A stretch of DNA of 64,000 nucleotides, taken from the NCBI GenBank assembly GCA_965112155.1, contig OZ218104.1, one strand, 5' to 3'. A program made the translations under genes and the position numbers. This document shows positions 1-26,481 of the stretch, piece by piece. The stretch comes from Podarcis liolepis (lineage: Eukaryota). Below the pieces are notes generated by a model that searched no databases, was not told the DNA's origin, and was given only the letters and a program-made list of their open reading frames with translations. Position 1 is the first letter of the stretch. Each line of letters begins with the position of its first letter.

Positions 1-446
1 CCCAAGGTTTGACTTGTTATAAGGCAGCTTCCTATGATTCTAGGCAGAGTTGCATCTGCTATAAAATGTGCCTTTTGTTTTCACATGTCTGTCGGAGGCC
101 TGAGAGTAGCCAGCCTCTTGCTCCTCTTTTAATGGGCCTCAGGACCAGCTACTCACCTGCTAGATCACAATGCTTTGGAATGAGGCCTGTTTCTCTGCAA
201 TGCCATCTTGACTCTTGCTGTGAATTGTGCCTGCTCTCCAGCGTCACCCCTGCTGAATTTTGAAGTGGCTCCCCTGCCTGATCTCCCCACTATGGCCAGT
301 TAAGCTTCCTTGCATTCCCACTCCCAAGTTCAGATCCTAACTGCAACCCCGCCAGCCTCTTCCCGAGTCCAGGTCTCATTTCTTTCCACTGTGGGCCAGA
401 AAGGGGCTATCCTGGCTTCCACCCCCATCTTTTTTCTTCTTCTTAG

Positions 447-590
447 GAGCTTTGTTGAAAGCAGCCTTGATTTGCACCCACATTGTGGACCTCGCTTCTC
501 AGAATTCCTTGCGGGAGCAACTGATGGAACACTTTGGAGGCGGCTTTGAACTCTGCACCTGGTCACGTCTTCCTCATGGATCAGGACTGG
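447..590 (+). CDS. FCSK: FCSK coding exon ([11 protein letters not shown]...[10 protein letters not shown])
   Basis: tcttag|GA acceptor; G|gtatgc donor. Confidence 0.9.
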
Positions 591-3500
591 GTATGCCTCC
601 AACCTCTCTATGTGCATGCCTGGCATTGCTCAAGGGGACCTAGCAAAGACCTCAGGTCCACTCTGGCAGCATTTCTCTTGTTGACGTTAGAGGGGCCTCG
701 TGTATCCTGCCCTGCCCCAAAGGCATGAGATGAGAACCCCACCCACCTCTCTTTCCTTTCCTCCCTTCAACTTCAGTGCTTTTTTATATACTTCAACAAA
801 CACCACTATTGCTTCTTTACGTGAACCACCTTTTGAACACAACACCCACATAACTAGCTGTAAAGTAACATAACGTGATATGTAATAAAACTGTAATTTT
901 AATTGTCATATCAAAAAGCACAGTTCCTGATGGCAACATATCTTATCTTCTATATATATTGGTATCGTAAAGTCCAAGGATTGTCAAGTCCAAAGATTAC
1001 AATGCAGTTCCTGCTGGCAATGTAATGGCATTGCCAACAGGAACTGCATTGTAATCTTTGGACTTGACAATCCTTGGACTATTCCAATATATTATAGAAG
1101 ATATGATGCATTGCCATCAGGAACTGTGCTTTTTGATATGATGATAAAAATTACAGTTTTATTACATATCATGTTATGTTACTTTACAGCTAGTTATGTG
1201 TGTGTCGTGGTTTTTATATACAGTGGTGCCTCGCAAGACGAACGCCTCGCAAAATGAAAAACTCGCAAGACGAAAGAGTTTTCCGTTTTTGAGTCGTTCC
1301 GCAAGACGAATTTCCCTGTGGGCTTGCTTCGCAAGAAGAAAGCCCATAGGGAAATCTCCGGGGACCTCTTTTAAAATGCTGGCGGTCGGGAGCAAAGACT
1401 TTCGCCCACCGCCGGCCTTCAGAAGAGGTCCTGGACCTCTTCTGAAGGCAGGCGGGGGGCAAAAGTTTTTGCTCCCCCCCACCTGCCTTCCCGGGACAGC
1501 GGAGACTTCTCCGCTGTCCCGGGCGATCTTAAAATGCTGGCGGGCGGCAGCGAAGCCTTCGCTGCCGCCCGCCAGCATTTTAAAATCGCCCCGGGACAGC
1601 GGAGGCTTCGCTGCCGCCCGCCAGCATTTTAAAATCGCCCCGGGACAGCGGAGGCTTCGCTGCCGCCCGCCAGCATTTTAAAATCACCCCGGGACAGCGG
1701 GGGCTTTTAAAATGCTGGCGGTCGGCAGCAAAGCCCTCCTGTCCCCGGAGCTTGCGGGGTGGGAGGTGGGGAGAAGGGCTTTTCTTCCCACCGCCAGCCT
1801 TCAGAACAGACTGTCCCCGGACCTGGTCTGAAGGCGGTTTCCATAGGAACGCATTGATTGATTTTCAATGCATTCCTATGGGAAACCGTGCTTCGCAAGA
1901 CGAAAAACTCGCAAGAAGAAAAAACTTGCGAAACGAATTAATTTCGTCTTGCGAGGCACCACTGTACTTCTGCAGACCTTGTTCTCCTTCCCTTGAGTTT
2001 TCCAATACCTCCCTCTTGTTTGCCACTGTTGCTCTTTTGGCTGCAGAAGAACAGAAATAGAAATAGAATATGAGATGTTAGGTGTATGGAACCTCCATTT
2101 TCCAGGCACTCTGCCACTGACTAGTACCAGCAACCAGGGAGCAACAGTTGGAGATGGCTGTTGTAGGGCTTCTTAGAGGCATCTACATGGCCAGAGAGGC
2201 CTTTGATCTGACCTAGTCTGGCCCTTCTCATGACAAGGTTCTGGTCTGGTGCTGTGGAATCCAAAGGGTGGCATAGGGCTCCAGTGACAAAGAAAAAAAC
2301 TGGTAGGCCTCCACCCTGCCACCCCCCCCCCCACTAGCCATGTTGTGCTCACTTGCCCTCTCCTATAGGCACCAGCAGCATCCTGGCGGGGGCTGTGATG
2401 GCTTCTTTATACCAGGCATCTGGGCACTCCACCAGCATTGAGTCCCTCATCCACGCCGTGCTGCATTTGGAGCAGGTTCTCACCACAGGTAAGACCTTTT
2501 ATTTGTTCTGCTGCACATGCCAGTGAAACCAAAAATCTGCAGAAAGGGAGGTGTCTAACTCTGTGCCATCTTGTCCTCCTTTTCTTGAAGTTAGCCTCAA
2601 ATATAGCATTAGCAGGGCCTTGAAGGCATTTCTTCATCTGCCTTGGTAGCTCAGTCGGTACAGCGTGACAGTCTTAATCTCAGGGCTGTGTATTCAAGCC
2701 CCATGTTGGGCAAAAGATTCCTGCATTGCAGGGGGTTGAACAAGATTATCCTTGCGGTCCCTTCCAACTCTACAATTTTGTGATCAAGATTGGCTGAAAT
2801 CTCTCCAGTTCATTTGACTGCTGTGATTTCAAAGGTGCTGTTGGCTGTTTTCCTCCAGAAGATATTTTGGGGTGTTTCTGTTGCTTGCACAAAACTGCTC
2901 CCTCTTCTCCACAGTCCTGGCCATGTCTGATTCCCATGTCTGTATGTTTCATTGGATGAATGTTTTAATTCCTTCTCTGCTGCTCCTTTTAAAATGTCAT
3001 ATCCTGCCCTTCTGCCAAGCAGCTAAGTCAGTGACCTCCTCCTTGCTTTGCAGACTTTTGCCCTCCACTTGAGTAACATATAAACAGGTCTTACTCCAGT
3101 CTGGATTCTGGTGCCTTCCAAGCAACTGGGCCAGTCCAGTAGCTTCTGCCCTTTGGTTGTGTTTTTGACTTTGCCCTGAAGGAATGTGCATAATAAAAGG
3201 CAGAGCCCCCACCAACAGCCTGACCCAGACTTGTTAGGAAGACAGGAGAACTAGCCTTGTGATGAAAGGATTCTTGTGCAGTGAAAGAGTTTTTCAGAGG
3301 CAGCTTTTCAGAGTTGTGATCTGGGCCTGTGCCCAGGGGTGGAGAGGAGCCAAAAGTGATTAGAAGCAAACAGGGTTCTAGGTCAAAGAGGAAAAGGCAG
3401 TGGGTGGGATGCATGAGACTGAGAGTGAAGGCAGAGCAGCCCTTTCAGGCCAAAGGGAAGGGCTGGGTTGATGGCAGGGGGATCCTCATTTGCATCTCTT

Positions 3501-6471
3501 AGATATGCAGTGGGATGCATAGGAGGAGGGTCTTTACCGTATTCTTTTGAGAATTACATTCAGTGCTGCTTTGCCACTGGGGCAGAGCATTCACATTCAG
3601 ATAAACCAATGTGGCTGTTATCTATATTGGCTGAAGCAAGGATCTATGTTTGGTATTCTGCTTCTCACACCTACTTCCTAATATTGCCGAGGATGAGACA
3701 TCATGGAAAAGTGCTCAATCTGACGGGGGAAGTCACTTTTGAATAACCCCTGTCCATGGCACGGTTCCTACTCAAAGGGTGCCCAGGATAGCTTACAACA
3801 TAGAACGGGATAAAACCATAAGCAAAATACAATAATTAAAAGGCCATCATCATACTGCAGGCCTGGACAAATAAAAGGACTTCAAGTGATGTTAATAATG
3901 TGAATTCTATCCCATGCTTTATCATGTCTGATTATACATTTTTAAACTATAAAAACATGGTGTAATAATTGAAACCAGATTAAACCAAAGCAGGGTCCTT
4001 CTGTCCTTTCCCACATCAGCAATTTTACTGCTTCAGAAAGGAAGAGGCCTCCCAACTATAGATAAGTCTTGTCTCCATTGGATCAGAGACCCCTCCTGCC
4101 TCCCACAAGGGATTCACCTGGCAACTGGTAAAAAGCAGGATCTCTTCCTCAACACTTGTTCTTGTTCCTTGCAGGTGGAGGGTGGCAGGACCAAGTGGGT
4201 GGGCTGGTGCCAGGCCTCAAGATTGGGCGTTCAAAGCCTCAGCTGCCACTAAAAGTAGAAGTGGAGCAAATCACCGTCCCGGAGGGCTTCATATACACCC
4301 TGAATGAGCACCTGCTCCTGCTGTACACGGGCAAGACCCGCCTGGCCCGCAACCTGCTCCAGGTACAGAAGGTGCTTGGAGGTGCCAGTTGTGGCCTGAG
4401 GTCCACAGCTCTGACGTAGCTTAGAGCAGAGAGTTGTACCTGTCCTACAACGGGTGTACCTTTCTCCCTGTGCTGTTGGCACGATGCATTTCATCCTTGT
4501 GTTTTGGTCTACACAGGTAGGATGACTCACCTGGTAGATTTGCATGTATTCTTATTAATACTTTTCTTATTGTTTTATTACCCTCCCTTCAACCTAAGGT
4601 CCTAGGGTCACGTAAAACGCAATTGATTTTATTATTTATTTCAATTATATCCCACCTTTTCCTCCAAGGAGCTCGAGGTGGCCAACATGGTTCTCTCCCT
4701 CCTCAGGTTCTAGTCCAGCGTTCTAACCAATGATACCAGGATGGCTCTCATTTAAAACACAATGTTAAAAAGAGTATTCTTACACTGGCACTTTCCCCAA
4801 GGTGCAGGAGGGTGGTTGTAGAGTAGGAATTTGCTAAGCCTTTCTTCCTCTAAGCACTCTTGAGCACCAGAAATGGAGACAACTTTTAATTGCTTCCTTT
4901 TCTTTCAGGATGTTCTAAGGAACTGGTATGCCCGGCTACCCACCATTGTGCAGAATGCCAGCGCACTGGTGAACAACGCAGAGGAGTGTGCCCAGGCCCT
5001 TCGGCAAGGTACTGCAGTTTGTTCCTTGGGCATCTTGTACAGTTCGTTACCCAGGGCAGAGGCTACAGCGCCTCTGCTCAAAACACCTTGCACAGAAACC
5101 ACCTCCTATGTTGAACAGGCTCTCATTTTGCAGGAGCTACCAGGGTAGTTGTGTTTGTGTGCTTCAGAGCAATTACTCCAGGCAACAGCCAATGGGAGGG
5201 GGGGGGCATCTTTTAAGATGTCATCATGGGCTTTAGCCTTCCCCAAATTGCTGTAGTCCAAAACATCTGGAGGGCAAGCCCCATCAGCCCCAGCCAGCAC
5301 TCACTGGTTTGGGGAAAGCAATTCTATCTAGCTGGATCTTGTAGCGCTCCTCTTGCTAGATTGAAAGCAACAGAGAAGCAGCAGGGAAGAGCAGCCAGAG
5401 CTACTATCTTCCCACTTCTGTGGTGGGCAGCCCAGCCCAGGTGTCAGATTTCCACAGAAGGAAGAAGGCTGACATGCACACCATGTGATTAGAGCCAAGA
5501 GCACTGTCATGGCTGTATCTGACAGGGAAAGGAGACCTAGCAACTTTGCTTTAAGATGGGCAAATCGTTCAATGCCAGAGTGTCCTGCAACTCCTCCTTC
5601 TCACCCCAGGCAACCTGGCTCTCCTGGGCAAGTGTATGAATCATTACTGGCTGCAGAAGAAGAATATGGCCCCTGGGTGTGAGCCTTTGGCTGTCCGGCG
5701 CATGATGGAGGTGCTCCAGCCTCATGTCTATGGGCAGAGCATGGCTGGCGCTGGAGGAGGTGGCTTTCTCTATGTCTTAACTAAAGAGCCCAGGAACCAA
5801 GAGGCCTTGCAAAGGATCTTGACGGAAACAGAGGTGAGTGGAGCCAGCTCCTAAGTCCCTGTCAATCGGTGTCTCCCTGCAGAAATTTCAGCAGGTTAAT
5901 GCACACCCTCTCCCAAGCAAATTTGGAGAGGGGAAATTCAGTGATGGGTGGGTACCATGTAGTTGCAGGAAGGGGGAGCCTCACACTTGGGAGCTGAGTT
6001 TGGCCCTCCAGACCTCTCTAACAGGCCCTTGAGATTCTGGCCAGGGTTAGGCCACACCCCTTGCCCAGGCTGCACTTCTCACCAACACTGCTTGGCATAA
6101 TCTTTGAGCGCTTTGGCTGGGCTCTTCAGTTGTGATGATGCCTCTTTGCTTGGGCCAGATGGAGACATGTGCAGAACTAGAATGTAGCCTCCTGGCCAAA
6201 GAGAAGAGTGGCCTCTGCACTGGCCTGTGACCTTCCAGGGCATGTAGCCCTGATGTCAGGTCAGGTCAGGAGTGACAGTCGACCCCCTTGTAGTGTTGAA
6301 GTTCCACCAGGCTTCAGAACAAAATATTCTGACTTAAATATTTTGTAGTGAATATTTCACTCACCCTGCATGCTTTCCTTTCAGGGCCTGGGGAATTTCA
6401 GCATCCACACTGTGGAGGTGGACACAGCTGGGTTCCAAATACAGCTTCTGGAGGAGGATTGGGAATCATAG
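447..6471 (+). CDS. FCSK: L-fucose kinase, 3' part (last 6 coding exons: 447-590, 2369-2488, 4175-4362, 4909-5008, 5610-5833, 6385-6471); 5' part lies outside the window
   Basis: Spliced peptide carries GHMP-kinase motifs [41 protein letters not shown] and GAGGGGF. GT-AG boundaries with consistent phases; stop TAG 6469-6471. FCSK-COG4-SF3B3 order matches known vertebrate synteny. Confidence 0.95.
842..1205. repeat. ~360-bp imperfect palindrome (arms ~842-1022 and 1029-1205, 6-nt loop)
   Basis: cacataactagctgtaaag...tggcaatg / cattgcca...ctttacagctagttatgtg; arms are reverse complements with few mismatches. Confidence 0.9.
1221..1964. mobile_element. Non-autonomous Tc1/mariner-pogo (Tigger-like) MITE
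   Basis: TIRs cagtggtgcctcgcaagacgaa / ttcgtcttgcgaggcaccactg; TA target duplication; internal 49-bp tandem repeats at ~1558-1704. Confidence 0.88.
2369..2488 (+). CDS. FCSK: FCSK coding exon ([10 protein letters not shown]...HLEQVLTT)
   Basis: ctatag|GC acceptor; CAG|gtaaga donor. Confidence 0.92.
2640..2784 (+). mobile_element. tRNA-Lys-derived SINE with CR1-like 3' tail
   Basis: tagctcagtcggta...cttaatctcaggg...ttcaagcccca head followed by gtcccttccaactcta tail; degenerate, not a functional tRNA. Confidence 0.7.
4175..4362 (+). CDS. FCSK: FCSK coding exon (GGWQDQVGG...RLARNLLQ)
   Basis: ttgcag|GT acceptor; CAG|gtacag donor. Confidence 0.92.
4909..5008 (+). CDS. FCSK: FCSK coding exon ([11 protein letters not shown]...AQALRQ)
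   Basis: tttcag|GAT acceptor; AAG|gtactg donor. Confidence 0.9.
5610..5833 (+). CDS. FCSK: FCSK coding exon ([13 protein letters not shown]...GAGGGGFLY...ILTETE)
   Basis: ccccag|GC acceptor; GAG|gtgagt donor. Confidence 0.92.
6385..6471 (+). CDS. FCSK: FCSK last coding exon ([13 protein letters not shown]...EEDWES*)
   Basis: tttcag|GGC acceptor; TAG stop. Confidence 0.88.
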   Translation, partial: GLGNFSIHTVEVDTAGFQIQLLEEDWES

Positions 6472-6714
6472 GCACTGCGGGGTTTCCTGCCCACATCCTA
6501 CAGCTGTGCAAGATCTATGGATGAATGACTCAGTGGCTGAATTTGGTTTAGTATTTCTTTGGAAGATTCATGCACTCCTTCACTGCAGATGGGGTGAAAA
6601 CAGCAGCTGCCCCACCCAAGTGAAAAACAATACTTAGTTGTGAATTAGTAGGGCCTGGCAGTCAGATCTGCAGCATTCTTCAGGAAATTACGTGAAGTAA
6701 TCAATGAAAAACTT

Positions 6715-6747
6715 TTTATTTCCTTGCTGATGTAAATCTCCTTTATT
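6715..6747 (-). terminator. Two AATAAA polyadenylation signals on the - strand (6715-6720, 6742-6747), candidate COG4 3' end
   Basis: tttatt twice on the + strand, ~610-640 nt downstream of the COG4 stop. Confidence 0.6.
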
Positions 6748-7352
6748 TAAATCGACCCACCCTCCGCACAGCATATGATGAACACATTAAGGGATCTTAA
6801 ATGAATTCAGACCATTGATTGGTGGAGCTCAGCATTGTTGACTCTAACTGGAGGCAGCTATCCAGGGTCATAATCAGGCATCTTAACTGTCTCTGTTTCT
6901 AAAGAGCCTTTTCACTGGAGACACCAAGGACAGAATGCAGAATCTACTGGCATAGAAGACATATCTACATCCCCCAAAGCACCATCTTGTTCCTATGACT
7001 TAGTTGATCTGTGGTCTTAGCCCCACTTGCTAACTAAAATTTACAATAATTGCTTGGCAATTTCAGTTGTTATTTAACTTGAATTTGTGTAGAAATGTTT
7101 GTGCATTATGATAAAGATGTAGAAACAGGCGAGCTCTACCAACTTGCAGAAAAACAAGAGAGAAATCTCTGAAGGAGGAACTAAGGTTCTGAAGTTTACC
7201 CAACGTATACTGAGGTGGTTGTTCTTTCAGCTTCAGAGATCCCACTGGGAAAGGGACTTGCATTTCCCTCCAGTCTTAAGAACATAGCAAGGCCTTCTTA
7301 GAAGAGGGCACCAGTGATCTCCACTAGCAGGAGTAGGTTGTTGCAAAGACAG

Positions 7353-24065
<16,713 letters not shown>

Positions 24066-26411
24066 TTTGGCCCCACGTCGTTCTAGAGATAAGAAAATTG
24101 AAGAGTCGCGCTCGATTAGCCAGGAAATGGCGCTTCAGGGCTCCTGAGGACGCTTTTTTTTTAATGGTACCCCACCTCCCGCCCGGGCTCTAAGCGTAAA
24201 CTGACCACAGAAGCCGCGGGATGGGGGCTTTTGTTACTGATCTGTAATTAGATTTCTGCGCCCTCTTTCGCCCAGGAAGCTCACGGCTCTCCTCCCACAT
24301 TTTATTCTCACAACCACCCTGCGAGGTAGCCCTACAAGCCGAGAGGTAGCGATTATCCTAAGGGCAGCCTCTGACTTCTAAGGCTGAGCGGGAGCGTTGA
24401 AGCCGTGTCTCCCGCGTCTCCCCTGGCTCTTGATGGCTGCAACGCCTGTTTTACTTCATTTCACTTTGTCTCTCATTGCCTTTCCTCCAAGGGGCTCAAA
24501 GCGCTGGACGCAATCTCCATGCTCCACGGGGGCTGCTCTATCCTCACAAAACCCCTGCGAGAGAGACGGGGACATGCCCGAGACCTCCCAAGTCCTGATC
24601 TAACACGGTCACCAGGACCCCGCACCGGCTCAGTGCATTTCAGCCCAAGCGTTTCAACATAACAACAATTTTATTATTTATACCCTGCCCATCTGGCTGG
24701 GTTTCCCCAGCCACTCTGAGCGGCTTACAGCGTGTGTATATATATACACGGAGCACAGGCAGACAAAAGCTAGCAGGAGAATGGACAGAAAAGACAGTGA
24801 AGCTCCTAGAAAGTGGGGAAAGCGCAGCGTCCAAAAGTGAATTCGGTTTCCGGCGTCCGTGTATACGTCTATCCAAAGTAGACTATAGCAGACAAATCGT
24901 CACATCCGGGAACATTAATATAGGTGCCTAAGCTATTGCCTGTGTCTCGGGGTGGGGAAACAACCACCAACAGCGGCGTTTCTATTGCAAAATAAAATAG
25001 TGAGATTATTTCCAGAGCAAAACAACAACAACTCCAGGCTAAAACGGGTAAAGTGGAACAGTCCAAGCCGCGCGGGGGTTGCTTCTGGCACGCCGTGGGC
25101 AGCCCAATCGCTCAGTTCCGCGCTACTTACGTGGAAGGACCCAAGGAGCGCGGGAGGCCGCTGAGGCAATGGCGGTGCTTGACTGCGGGCTGTGGAGGAA
25201 GTGAAGCAGCGGCAGGATCCGCCGTCATCCGCGCTTCTCCTGCGGTAAACGCTGCCAGATCCCTTTCAGAATTAGGCTGCAACTTCTCTAATCCCCGGCG
25301 GGAGGAGGCCATGGCGTATTTGTAGGCTGCCACACGCGCGGTGTTACCGAGGCCCTTGAGTGGACCGTTGCTGGGCGACGCCGGTGCGGGCGGGAAAGAG
25401 CTCTGTACAAGCAGGCGGTGAGGGCGCCGCGCTTTTTACACTTCTCTGGACAATCTTGGCCGCATTTTCACTTTGCCCACTGATGGGAGGGGGCGCCTAG
25501 CAGCAGCGGTAGGACGCGCGCTGCTTTTTCGCAAACCACGAAGGAGTTTTTCGTGCAGGGTTTAAGCTCGTCCCTCCATTGTTTTAACCCACATAACTTG
25601 CAATACCAAGGCAGGTTTATTGTGGAGGTGGAAGCCGCATTGAGCGGGGTGGCACTTACGTTTGAGTCAACGTGGAGAGGACGGTGCTGCTCTTTATTTG
25701 TAAGAGACTTATTTCTCTCCGCCCATCCCTACTGCATGTGTACTCGAAAGTGAATGTGGTCAGGATTCATGCAGCCGTGCAGTCTTGTGCATGTCTACTC
25801 AGAAATAAGGCCTGCTAAAATTGTTCTCCCTGACCATGCCATACATCTTTTAAGTTGTCTAATACTTTTTAAAATAACTTTGGTGAGCTGGACTTTAGTC
25901 CATAAAATCTTATATCATAAAAATGTTTTAAGTTTTTAACATGCCACAAGATATTTAGTTGTTTTAGATGCAGCAGATTTAATGGCTGCTACTCTGGGAA
26001 TGTCTGCTCCATTGTAATATGTGAATTTATTAATTAACAAATTGTAAAAAGTGTTTGTATCCCCTCCAGTGAAACTGCAAGTTGATGTTGATTCATCATT
26101 AAAATTAGGAAAAAAATATTTTCAGGGTGCCTGTTACTTTCAGTTTTAACATTTGCTTCCTTCATAAGAACATTTTGCTTTGTGGAAAGTTAGGAAGGAA
26201 AAACCACCTCGTTAAGGTTTTTCAGTCTGTGAAGTGTTCATATGAAGCATCTCTCAAATGGGTTTAACGTTCAAGTTTTCTCCACCAACTGGCATTTATG
26301 TAAATGTGTGGTCAGAATTGAACAAGTTTAAAAAAGCATGCATAGTGTATTAACTGCTTGGTTTCCTTTTCTCAGCAGGTGAACTGAGGTGAAGTGATAT
26401 CAATCGGCACC

Positions 26412-26481
26412 ATGTTCCTTTATAACCTAACTCTGCAGCGAGCCACCGGGATCAGTTATGCCATCCATGGCAACTTTTCAG
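26412..26481 (+). CDS. SF3B3: SF3B3 exon 2, first coding (MFLYNL...HGNFS)
   Basis: caccATG start; CAG|gtactc donor. Confidence 0.93.

Noticed and set aside
1558-1704. Regular repeats that could resemble a CRISPR array
   Set aside because: Head-to-tail units with no unique spacers, in eukaryotic DNA with no cas genes.
1174-2133. Overlapping 60-160 aa ORFs on both strands
   Set aside because: They arise from GC-rich repeats inside a MITE; no transposase motifs.
2640-2712. tRNA-Lys-like sequence
   Set aside because: Many stem-breaking substitutions and fused to a CR1-like tail, so a SINE head rather than a tRNA gene.
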